Assembly: GCA_002633005.1 (NCBI GenBank) | Contig: NMRA01000496.1 | Span: forward strand, 244,607-308,606 | Direction of reading: 5' to 3' | From: Phoronis australis | Taxonomy: Eukaryota; Animalia; Phoronida | DNA: 64,000 bases | Shown: positions 13,657 through 25,900 of the stretch, piece after piece | Layout of the letters: each line of letters begins with the position of its first letter | Position numbering within the stretch: position 1 is the first letter of the stretch | Notes under the pieces: model-generated | Told to the model about the DNA's origin: nothing | Databases searched by the model: none | The model's input: the letters and a program-made list of their open reading frames with translations, nothing else | Position numbers and translations under genes: made by a program

Positions 13657-14815
13657 TTTATGTGCTGGTGCATATTGCCGTCATCTCTGTCCTGGCGTCA
13701 GGCGTCCGCTCACAGAATCTTGATGAGATTTGGCACTTATGTGTTCCTGTGAAACTGACGACGGATGACGACGAATCTCGGAACGATCCGACTACCGGTG
13801 TGCCTAGCAGTGGCAATTTTTTTTTTACGTTCACCTCCGTATCTTCAAAAGTCCTTAACGGATTTTCATGGAATTTGTCACCTTGGCATCAATTAGTGAG
13901 ATGATGCCATCTTCCCGTTTTCGGACGGATTCGAGGTATTTTTGCGCCACCAAGTGGCTATTTTGACTATTTTCGAGTCTTGGCGTCTGTCTCTCTATCA
14001 ACCAAATCACTTTAAGGATGATTGTGAAAATTGGCATATATGTTCTTGTGTGAAGAGGGACGGTTGACGATGATTTTCCGACGACTTCGACTACGGTGGC
14101 GCCTCGTAGTGGCAGTTGTTTTTTCCCGTTCGTAGCTGTATGTCTTAAACCCACCGTAGGATCATTATTCAATTTAGCAAGGGTATTTATATGAACTTGA
14201 AAATGGACGACGACGACTTTCAGACGGATCGGACGAATGCTGTGCTTTCTTGAGGCAATTTCATTTTTTGTTGTTTTCCTCTGTTTCTCTGAAGTTCCTT
14301 GGCAGATTTTTATGAAATTTTAGAAAATAGCTTTCAATGAAGGGAAACAATGACATGTTCCCGTTTTCGGAAGGATTCGACGCATTTTGCGCCATCTAGT
14401 GGTCATTTGTATTGTTTCCGAGTTTTTGCGTCCGCTCCTTTATCAACCAAACGAATCTACGGATGATTCTAAAAAGTGGGACATACATGTATATTCTTAG
14501 TGTGAGGACAACGGTTGACGATGATTTCCCCGACTACTTCGACTACTGTGGCGCCTCCTAGTGGCATTTTTACACCCGTAGCCGTATCTCCTAAACCTAC
14601 TGCAGGATCTTTATTAAATTTAACAAAAATGAATGTATTTATATGAAGGTGACAACGGAGCACGACGACTTTTAGAAGGATACGACGATCGCTGTGCCCC
14701 CTAGTGGCAGATTCATTTTTTTCCGTTTTCTTCCGTTTCTCTGAAGTTCCTTGACGGATTTTTATGAAATTTGGTAAATTGTTTTCAATTAAAGAAACGA
14801 TGATATGTTCCCGAG
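13657..14815 (+). mobile_element. HINE family copy (3'-truncated)
   Basis: Homologous to the reverse complement of 58150-59299 (gcatattgccgtcatctctgtc..., gtgccccctagtggc modules). Confidence 0.7.
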
Positions 14816-15549
14816 CAATTCGTTTATTACATTTTTGTATTTTCTGTAATGTACTTGTATCAAAACGGCACCAAGTTTTAGTGACAATAAAGAAGGTGAC
14901 ATTTCACTAATTGTTCTAGCACTAAAATATCAATTTGTTATTTGTCCAAGATACATGATTTTGGTATCGGTGCTTCATGATTTGGGTATATTTTAAGGAA
15001 ATCTTAAACTTTCGAAATTATTATAGCACGTCGAAATGGTGTTACGCTATGCAGCGGCTACCTTCCCAAATCGCACAATCGCAAGCAGGTGATTCTCCGT
15101 TTGACAATGTTTTGGGCCATTAGACCACAAAATATTGCAACCATATAGATGAAATTTGTTTGGAAGAATCTTTAAGGGTCAAGAGTTCTATAATTAATTC
15201 GTTTTTACTAAACAAACATTTCACCTTAAGCCCTATATTTCATAGCAACAACCAACATGGGAACCAACGAATGCAAACTCCCACGCAAGAGCGGCTCAAA
15301 CTCGCGTGATCAAAGTTGGCATTTCATGGAGTTCTAAGCTGATAAGATTGGCGAAAGACTAATCATTTCCCGTTTAAAGTGCTCGAAATTTTCTGATCCT
15401 AAAACGGGGTTTTTAAAGTCAAATGTATTAAATTTTGGAAAAGATTACATTCAAAATCAAATTGCAGTTGCCAATCATTTTTTGTTACCTGGTTCAAGGT
15501 AACCGCTCCTAAACAGCCGCTAAAACGTCTAGAAGGTTTTTTCCAAATT

Positions 15550-15680
15550 TATGGCATAGCAGTGAAATACAAATAGCAAGAAAATACGTTTTTTTAGTAA
15601 ATATGTTAATGGTGATGGTGCTCTTTTTATTAATGACCTGCTTGATGAAAACAATAAATTTTACTCATTTAACGAAGTTA
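15550..15680 (+). mobile_element. Small fragment of the same L1/Tx1 LINE
   Basis: 'ctttttattaatgacctgcttgatgaaaacaataaattttactcattta' nearly identical to 22392-22440. Confidence 0.6.
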
Positions 15681-16693
15681 AATGCTAATGACGACGTGAG
15701 TATCTTGACAGCAACAAGTTTTTGTCATAAGATTACAGGAACCAGTAAGAAAATACGTTGTTGTGTGTAAAACCAGAACTACCACGTTTGTGAAAAAACT
15801 ACCTGTAAAAGACTGAGTTTGTATGTTCAATAATTAGCGCATGTTCGAACAAGGAATTCAAACATGAGCCTCTCAAATTCTCAGTTTTCTGGTCAACGAA
15901 GGCTATTTGACAGTTTATCAACGAAAATTTGTGATTGAGATGCACTTATGAAGTAGCAGGTGTTTGTTGAGTATTGAAATTGCATAATAACTCTGAGTAA
16001 GTATAAAACGCCGGCTCCAGTACATTCGTGGAATTTCTAGAGGTGGTAAGCTGCTATAACGCATCCATCTTTTAGAAACAAAATTAACTGTCACGTGTCT
16101 TGCGATAAACTTGAATCTCAGACTCTGCGTGTTCGTTATTCCTTTAAAACGCTGTGCTAAATATGATACGCTGGGATTCGCGTATATTTACCACTAAATT
16201 CTCCAATGCAACACTAGTCAAAATGTAGTTAACGGATAATTATAAGTGGTATGGAAAATGTTTTGCAGGCATATTCACCAATACACAGACATGTGCATAT
16301 TGTTCGAGATCACAAAACATTACAGGCACTGTAAGATTTTCTTCAGATACAAAAACTACTACTAATAAACGACAAGCCCTCAGGTTAAATCAGGATGGTT
16401 GCTAGAAAACTGCGTGTCTTAGCTTCCAATAGCTTTACAAACAAGCTATTTCCATTTGTCTATTGCGTGCTATTTAGGTAATTTAAACTGAAAATTTTTA
16501 ACATCGAGAATTTGTAATGAAGTACAAATGGTAATTATTCTCATTGAAGAGACTCTTTCAGCTTCATTTTTGTTAAAAACTTCTTGAAGCAAATCTTAGC
16601 ACAAACTCTTTCATTCGAAACCTAAGCCCAGATAACGCTCTTTGAACAAGACATCGATATTTTTAAATACACTGAATTTAATATATATTTTAA

Positions 16694-18350
16694 AGGCGAA
16701 TGCCACCCGATTTAATTAGTCTTTTTTACCGTCTTAATCGGTCTATATCTACATCGCCTCTTATACGGTAGACCTCACCTTGCCGAGAGGTGTCGTGTTA
16801 ACCTGTGAGGAAGGTGAGAAACGACGCAGCGACGTCAGTGGTTCGTCTGCAGAGTGAATGCCGCTATATTGCGGTGCATCGTGCCCGCTTGTCCGAACTA
16901 TATGAAGCTGCGAAGAAAGCGGGTATGTCGTTTTTTCGACTTCCTCGAGAACCCGAAATGCTTAGAAAGTGGCTCGCGGGAGTGAAGAATGAAAGGTATG
17001 CTGTTAATAGCAAGTATGAGGCCGTGAAACATCTCCGTGTATGTGGCCGGCATTTTGTTGACAATGATTACTCTGACGAATTCCGGTTTACCAAAGAACT
17101 ATCCATCCGTTCCGTTGCCTGTGCATCAGTGTTCACGGCGCCTCGTCTCTCTTGATCAGTGTATTCCGGTTCGAACTGATATTCTGTGGAACTTAACGAT
17201 CCTACCCGTGAAGTCTTCGTCGGATGAGCTCTTGACTAAGTCGGGATTGGCGCCGGGCGAGTTGCCATGTAGACGTTTATTATTCTGCGATCTGTTTCAA
17301 AATGAATTATTCTCATCCTAACCAATGCTTATATAAAACTGAAACAAAGTCCGTCTCATTAGATACAGTGTGTTATGTCTTGGGGTGATCGTGAGTGCAA
17401 ATGTTTTGAGAAGCCAGCAATGAATAAACCACTGCCTTACCGGCTTTTGATGCCGGCAACAAAGATAATTGACTGGCCACCGAGTGCATGCTAATTCAGA
17501 GTTGGCTGACAGAAAGCTGTTGTGAAACAATTACTCGATTTTACATGATATGGTCTCGTTAGGGGAATCTTTATTTAGAAATACAAATACATTATTCAAA
17601 TCATTGTTACTGTACAACATTTGCCCTGACGATCTGTGGAAGTGGAACCTGACTTCGCGCCCCCCGACGAGTAAGTAGATTTTCAGTTTCGTGGCTAATT
17701 CACATAAATAATTAGGTACACATTATTCCTTCGGCTCACTATTATAGTCTTTTTGTGACTAGAGGTTTAGTTTCCAACTCAAGCTGGTTTATGTTCGTGC
17801 CAGTCCCGGCGGCCGCGAACGGCCTCATCCAGGTCCGAGCCACTGGCCGAGATAACAAGCGTTTTGTGTGCTTAGAACTAAAAAAATCACAAGTATTAAC
17901 AATACAGATCTAGGTTCTCTTGTCTGTATTCCACGGAAGAATGTTTGAATTTATCTCCGAACAGACCCCAAACTCCCGGCTGCTACGGGCCTTGGTAAAT
18001 TGGCCTGACAAACTTTGTAGGCTACGGTGTGTCCCAAATACCAGTAAATCCGTAACAGCGAAATAAAACAACACGTTTTTATAAAAACTCGGTGTATTTT
18101 TAAGCGTTTTACATCGAAGTTTGATGATTTATTGGTGTTAAACGATGAATACAAGCAATAAGCCGACACCACTAACCCGTGATTTGAACTGCTGAACAGA
18201 CTGCGTGTGAAACCAATTACGTTAGTGGATAATTTCAACACCTCCGTCTGCCGTCAGGTGTCAGGTAGCGCAATCGAACGTGCCGTTTTCGAGTAGAACT
18301 GCTCGGTCTAAATTGATACAAAATAGGTTGTTTTTGGGTGGCATTCTCCT
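16694..18350 (+). mobile_element. Non-autonomous Kolobok-like DNA transposon, copy 1
   Basis: TTAA|AGGCGAATGCCACCC ... GGGTGGCATTCTCCT|TTAA; contains a THAP zinc-finger remnant (FFRLPREPEMLRKW...RVCGRHF). Confidence 0.85.
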
Positions 18351-18464
18351 TTAAGCTTAATCTTTATTCTTAGTGTGTTACACCAGTATTAACATCATTT
18401 CTAGCCAACATGCATTGTCACGACAGTTCTGTCGGCCATTTCTCATTCTCCCCTCAGGTGTTAC

Positions 18465-18622
18465 CGGTGGCGGATTTAGAGGAGGGCCAAGAGGGGCATG
18501 CCCCTCTCCCTAAAATTCCCCCAGATTCCATTTGGCAGTTCGGGGTGTGAATGTCTGACGGCCAAAATCTTGGCTAATACTCTGCCCTGAACCCCCTTAA
18601 CTCAAAATCTTGTATCCCCTTG
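18465..18622. mobile_element. MITE, same family as 11986-12127
   Basis: GTTAC duplication on both sides; internal homology to 11986-12127. Confidence 0.7.
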
Positions 18623-18661
18623 GTTACAGTATGGGAACCTGTTGCACTCGTGGTGGCCACA

Positions 18662-18705
18662 TGGATGGAAACTTCCTAGGGCACGGCGGGCTTTGAACCT
18701 GGGAT
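18662..18705 (-). mobile_element. Possible tRNA-derived SINE fragment
   Basis: - strand B-box-like GGTTCAAAGCC followed by 'gtgccctaggaag'; no A box or cloverleaf seen. Confidence 0.3.
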
Positions 18706-21239
18706 TTTTTCAACATCATGTCACTTTGTATTCTGCACATGGCAATACGTAGTGCCAATGTAAATAGGCTAGAGATTGATGTAAATAGATTGAACTAGCC
18801 GTTACCTGCGCTTAAGCACGGGTAGCAGCTAGTGTACGGGAAATGCCGAGGGAAAATGGCTACACCTTCAAGTGAACAGTATTGTTCATCGCAAGAGACA
18901 GAGATCTTTCTTGAAGAGACCGTTTTATTTTAAAGCTTCAATTAGAATTTCTCTCAGATTTAGGCAAAATGTGCGGCTGCGGGATCCCTTCCCCAGGCAG
19001 TAAAAATATTTTCCTTTCCGGAACATGTGACCCTGCCGTGACATAATGTATTCTTTAAAGTGAAAGCTAAGGAAGCATTCAAAAATACTCCCATTGTACA
19101 CAAAGTATACGATGTATTTACAAAAGTCACGTCATAAATGCACATATACTAAGGTAGAAAGCCAGCTTGTTGTATGAAGACTGTCGTCAACTTACAGCCA
19201 GGTAGCTGTCTTGAGCTCCGTTAGACAGCGGTTAGCTCAGATTTCACCTCCTCGTGAAACTCTTTTAAAACAACATGTAGAGCTAACGACCTGCACGGGG
19301 GTGCATGCAGAATCTTTGGGAATTAACCGACACTCACCTTGCTCGTAGCAGCCGTTTAAGTAAAATAAAAAACAATCTAATAAACGTCATTTTTTCGTAA
19401 TTTTCCGCCTTTTTTAACAAAGAAAGTCTGTCGTGGTTTCGAAAACAATGCACTATTCCCTACTGAAATTTTGCGATATAGTCTCGGGAGATGATGACAG
19501 CTTCGCAACAAATAGAGTTTGCTGGTATTAAAATACTAAAAACTTGTAACAAAATGGAACCAGTTCCGATTGCTATGACGTGTACGCAACCTCGTGGAAG
19601 TTGATTAAAGAATCGGGGAAATTGGTCAATTGGTGATGCAATGGCGCCAAAAGCCGACCCAAAAGAGCCACTTAGCAGTAAAATAACGGTAAAACGGCAA
19701 TCTCACCAACATGGGTAAATATATTAAGCTTACTCAAGGAAAAGTTTATTTTTTAATGACATCACTAGTTTTGGAGGCGACAGGCCTGAAAAAGTGTATA
19801 AGCGACGGAAGCCGGAGTGAGTGAAATTAAGCCTACGGACTGACGTCACCCAGGCCAAGGAGTGTACTCCTTGCCAAGGCCTGTGAGCGGACGGACTGAC
19901 GTCACCAAGGCCAATACGAATTTGGCCACCCTCCATCCGCGTCCACGAAAAATTGGCTCACGAGAAAAAAATAAAACACATCAAATCTAAATAGTGGGTC
20001 GGTGCACTGTCTGAGACTAATGCGGTGCCGAAACGGGCGCAACGAAGGTCTGTAGTGATGCGGGGATACGGAATTGGTGTGAATGATGCATTTTGTGTAA
20101 TACATGTCTCGGAGAAGTTGTCATAGTTTTTGCAGTAAATTTACGACCGTGGGTTGGCGTAATTGTGGAGTTGGTTGGGACACGATTTTTTATTCCGGAG
20201 CGTGCCCAAACCGTTGGTTGGTTGAGGGAACGAAAACATTCTCGTGCCTGACAGAACGTGTTCGGCCAAGTGTCGGCTCGGCTAGGGAAGGCTAAAACCG
20301 TTTGGAATTTTGGTGGGTTAGCCAAGAATCAAACGCGCAATTACAGGCACTCAAGTCACTACAGTTTTGAGAACGGCCACGTCTTGACTTACTAAAAGAC
20401 GTGTTGCCAAGTTCAACGGGTATTTTACGCTCTTGCGTGTAATTGTTTTGGCCGGGCAGTTTGGTTTTGTCGTGTCAATGTGACTTGTGGTATCTCCTCA
20501 GAAGTGCTCTGCGTTAGAATTAACGACCGGGGAACTTAGGGCTCAAATCATTGGTGCCTGTTGGGTCCCAACTATCCTCCAACGGACTGCCATAGAATCT
20601 GTGGATTTCGAATTGCTCTTATTTTGAACCAGTGTATAAATGCGTGTTGTTAGTTAAAGCGGCAATATATCCAGGTACCGTCGAAGAAACTAACTTTTGA
20701 TTCGGACCACTTACCGTTGGTCTCAACTTTTTCCTTGTTCAGATAATAAATGACTTATGAGCTTGCAAAGAACTGACAGTTTGTTATGGCTAGCGGAGAC
20801 GATTCTCGGCGAATAAAATGACACGCCGTGACAAGACAACTTGTAGGACCTTGTCTTAGATAATAGAGAATTGTAGATTTTTTCGAAGCCCAGAAAACAC
20901 ACATGAGCTTCTTCCAATACGAGCCACATGACAAGCAGTCCGTATTTTTTACTGCATGTAATGTATCTATTTCCAGCTACTACTGGAAATTGATATAATA
21001 TTTCTTTATCTATAGGATAGCTCATGAATCAATTACATGTTTTATGTGACAATTGGAAAATGCACGTTATGAAATATCAAGTTTTATTTGTTTTATATGT
21101 TATTAAGACGTCATGGTCACATTTCGGGTTATTGAAGGCAGGTGACCTTTCCCAGGTTTGTTAAACAGACTGTTTAACTTTATTAATCATCTACCAGCAT
21201 TAGCATCTGTTGTCAGAGTGTGGGATAGAGTAAACAGAC

Positions 21240-22930
21240 TAGACATGCTGATCCTCTTTCTCCATGTTTTCATTTTATGTTTGCTACGATGACGAAACGA
21301 GATAGGGAAATTAGAGGCATTCAAATAGAAAATGATGAATTTACACATACACTGTATGCTGATGACATAACATTTTTCTTAGATGGTTCACGGCGTAGTT
21401 TGGAAGATACTATGGAGGTTTTGAGTAAATATACAGAAATGTCTTGTTTGAGAGTAAATTATTCCGAAATAAATGTTATTTGCATGGACAGTAAAAAATT
21501 GTAAGATGTTTTCCATCTTGCAAGATGGAAGTTAGAATGGGTTATAACGGAATTTAAGATGCCAGGTATCAGTTTCAATGTTAACCCAGAAAAATGATTG
21601 AAATCCACTACAATGAGAAGATTTATGAAATAAATAATCTTTTTTGGGAGAGTTCCGGTGGTAAAGACCTTAATGACAACTTTGCTTACTCCATCAGACA
21701 TCATTATAAGAATGAATTAAACAAAAACGTTTTTACGTTTATTTGGAATAACAAAGTTGAGAGAGTGAAGAGAGATGTATTAATTAAAACTTATGAGGAC
21801 GGGGGGTGAAAATGGTGAATATGATTGTTCTAACAAGGTTATAAATAAATCTGAAAAAATGGATGAAATAATTTGAACTTGAAACTGGGATTGCAAAGTA
21901 AAAGTTAAATTTTGGAAATAATTATATTAAAAATTGTGCTGAAGTAGCTAATCCTTTGTGGAACGAACAAGTCAGTAACTGATCTTTAATCACAAGAAAA
22001 CAGCCCCATAAAAATGCGAATGATTTAATATCAACAAGTCTATGGCATTATTATGAAATACTTATAGACAGAAAATATATCTTCTTTAACAAGTATGTTA
22101 GTGGTGGTGTTCTTTAGCAAGTATGTTAGTGGTGGTGTTCTTTAACAAGTATGTTAGTGGTGGTGTTCTTTAACAAGTATGTTAGTGTTGGTGTTCTTTA
22201 GCAAGTATGTTAGTGTTGGTGTTCTTTAGCAAGTATGTTAGTGTTTGTGTTCTTTAACAAGTATGTTAGTGGTGGTGTTCTTTAGCAGGTATGTTAGTGG
22301 CGGTGTTCTTTAACAAGTATGTTAGTGGTGGTGTTCTTTAGCAAGTATGTTAGTGGTGGTGTTCTTTAGCAGGTATGTTAGTGGTGGTGTTCTTTTTATT
22401 AATGACCTACTTGATGAAAATAACAGGTTTTACTCATTTACTGACTTTAATAACATCTCGAATATACCTACACAATTGTTGGAATACTATTCTCTGATTG
22501 AGTCTATTGAGTCATTTCTGAGGAGAACACCATTACAAATGCAGTTAATTAAGGTATTTGGACCAATAATACCTTCTAATATACGGTTTTTTGAACTGCA
22601 CCTCAATTTGTAAAATGGTATATGAAATTAAGTACACTGCAGTTTAAACTATTACACAGAATACTTGCAACGAACTATTTTTTTTAAAAAATAACTTTAT
22701 GGACTCTGATTTATGTAATTTCTGCCAGTAGCAAACTGAAACAGTAGGTCACAACTTTTTCGAATGCAATAATATAAATATATCGATAGACGAATAACGA
22801 AGTTGGGTGTTGTCGGCAATTTAATTATTGACAAAAAACAATGATTTTTGGTTTGCTGATAAGTAACGAAAATAAAATTTTAAATTGCATTCTTTTGCAA
22901 TTAAAATATTTTATTTACGTATGTAAGTAT
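21240..22930 (+). mobile_element. Degraded L1/Tx1-clade LINE ORF2 (RT to C-terminal CCHC)
   Basis: R.ADPLSP, IRGIQI, LYADDITFFL, FIWNNKVERVKR..L....EDGG, INDLLDEN..F, SDLCNFC..TET..H.FFEC, MIFGL; many frameshifts and stops. Confidence 0.85.
22082..22397. repeat. 29-bp minisatellite expanded inside the LINE relic
   Basis: ttctttaacaagtatgttagtggtggtg(t), ~11 copies. Confidence 0.95.
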
Positions 22931-25900
22931 AAGAATAATGCCCAGTTTCTGTCAACACTCTCTCCCCGGTACAATCACATGAGAAACGCGCGTGAATTCG
23001 TATACTTTGCAATTAAATATTCAAGATGGTGGATAAAACAGTGTTATCATGTATCAGGTTACATGTTCACAAGTTTTGTGACGTCACAGGATAAGAGCCG
23101 ACAACTGTCCCGCAATACATTCGGAAAACAGCAACAGCGCCCGTGCAGCGCCCTAATATTAAGACGAGACAAGGTCTCAATTTTCAAACTCCAATAATTC
23201 AAGTTAGCGAGTGAATCTTCCCCTCAAGAGAACCTATGATGTCCATTCGTCGTATCAAAAACGAAAACTGAGGATTTCGCCACACCTGACAGCAAATCAC
23301 AAACCAAAACAACAATTTCATCGATTATAAATAGCAGCAGCAGATGTGGATGAGGGGCGCAAAGGAGCCATCTGACCCCCTAAATTTTTTCAACTAAGTA
23401 GCCACATGTAAGACATCAAATAATAATCCCGCAAATACACGCGTTTTGCTTTAGAAGTCTTGCCGTTTTCAACCTCTCAGCCCAAGAAATAACACACATC
23501 TAAAAATCTTAGGCAGAGTAGGTACATATTCTCGATGTTATGAAATTTGAATTTTTTATGACAAAAAATACCAATATTGCTTCGATTGCTTTAAATGACG
23601 ATCGTTAAGCGGATTCCGGCAAAAAGATTGATACATCTTGGCAGTAACCCCCCCCCCCTTCCTCGTAAGGTTCGATTGCAAAGACTTTCTATTAAAATGG
23701 TTAAAATATGTAATGAAATTACTGAGCAAAGCTATAATTTAGTTTATGACGGACAGACCCTTGAGAAAGTACCAGACCTTGTCTCAGTGTTTGAAGCGGC
23801 AGAAGAAATGTATAGCTTGCCTCCGGAATCAGCACACACGCGAGATTAAAATCCTTGTTAATTAAGTGGCGGCTGTGGTTAACTACCGAAGGGGTAATAG
23901 TATACCCCCGGGATATATCAGATATTTTCCTACAGAAATAGTTCTTCAATTGGGCGCTTCGCCGCTGTTTATTTAGTTGTCAATCTTGATTTTTTAACTA
24001 CAGGGCTTTGGAGTTAAAAAAGCTTTCCTATGCTCATCAGAACCTCACATGGCCAACGAACTCTGAACTCTGATCGACGACTACTACACAATCGGAGTCG
24101 ATAGTGAGGCGGTTAGGAGTTTATGCACGAATGTTGTTGTTGGACTTTCGTAAAAAAGCGGCAAAACGCACCTTGGCTTGCAAACCGCTTAGTTGATAAG
24201 ATCTATAAACAACACAGTAACCATTTAGCATAGACATTCCCAAGATTCGTTATAATCAAAGTCAGTAAGAAACAGCCTTTACATTCTATTGGCACTAATA
24301 GAATCTTACCACGCAAGAAATACTATGAGACCAATTTTTGAGAGTAGAAGGACTAGTTCAATTTTCGTTAATAGGACAAAATGCGCTTTGAGCTGGGCTA
24401 ATGCTTTTCATTTTGAACGGAAAATTTTGGTCCTTATTTAGTGTTATAGATTGTGCCCTGGACCGCCGTGCTATAAACGACAGCAATGGAGTAAATGTCA
24501 TTGATATGCATAGACATCAAATATGACGTTACACAGATAACCTGTAAATAACCCTTTAATATAATGAGGCTTGCTGTCCTAGCCAATATGCAATATGGGA
24601 TGCTCGTGTTGATAAGCGCATAATGAGCCCTGTTGCTTTTCCCGGTGCTGTCCGAATTGAGAAATCTAATTTGAGTTTGGTTATTATACCCTACCGTTGA
24701 TGGCGAGATCATTTTTTCACAAAAAAATCTTTCCGCCTGCTAAATTTAGACCCTCGTCATGAAGTGACCTTTTCATTAAGCGACAGGAACCACATACACC
24801 TGAGGCTGCAGTGAAAAAGTCTTCATGTGACCATAACGTCAATATATAGTTTCTGGTCGGTACAGTATTTTAACTTCATGTCATATTAAATTCTTAAATG
24901 ACGTAACGCCTTTTACATGGAGTGTGAACGGACAGTTGCCAAATATCCTATTTAGACCCTGTGTGTAAACGTCGTTAAATTACGAGATTTACTAAAAAAA
25001 TGATTTCTAGACAATAGCAATAAGATTTACCAATGTCTCCTCCGTCTTGCCTGATCTCGCATGTTGTACTTCTCAGATGGTAACTACTATAAATGATTGT
25101 TGCAAAAGACGCCGAAAGCAAGACAAAAACTCTTGCAGAGAAATGCATACTTAATGAAGAACTCCCTGCGTTATACGGGAGCAGTTAACCGACGACAGTT
25201 TTATTTCCGCGCGACGTGATACTGATATTAAGGTAACACCTACCGAATTAGACAATATTTTTTGATATCATTTGCGTATCGTAAGTCTCCAGGAATTTAA
25301 TTTTTTAGAAGTTTGTTATAGCAGTGTAATCAGTTCTCGTGTTTAAGTCATTTTGTTTCAAAAATTGAGACCGCGATACATCTTTGCCGTTCTCTGACGT
25401 CACCTACATTTTGAACTGACCGCAAGACTGGGCAGACTTCGCTACCCCATTCACTTCCTGACAATCACTGTGCAATCAAAAGCAGATGGGACAATTGATA
25501 CTTTGGCTAACATGGTGAACAGATCACATGTCACTCGATGTGTACAAGTGACACGTGATATCTACATGAGGTATACTTCCATAGTCAGTAACAGAATTTT
25601 AATCTACACTCAATTAAATTGTTGTAGATGTAGCTTTAATAATCTTGAAGTAATAACAAGGAAACGTTCGTTAGACAAGTGATATCATAATGCGATTCGT
25701 ATTACAGTACATTTAATGTAGCAGATGATTAATTTAAGAGGAAACCAAACGTTTTGTAATGTTACCTTTGATGAAAATAAAAATGTCTGGCTATCTCGGT
25801 GTTTAAAGGGTTAACTTGATCCTTGGATACAAGAAAAAAGTGACGTAAACGGTCAGGCAAAATGCGCACGTGCTGTGGGTGTTTTCATCACCATGATCGA

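Noticed and set aside
16805-17155. Host THAP-domain gene
   Set aside because: Lies inside a TIR/TTAA-bounded repeat present four times with different disabling mutations.
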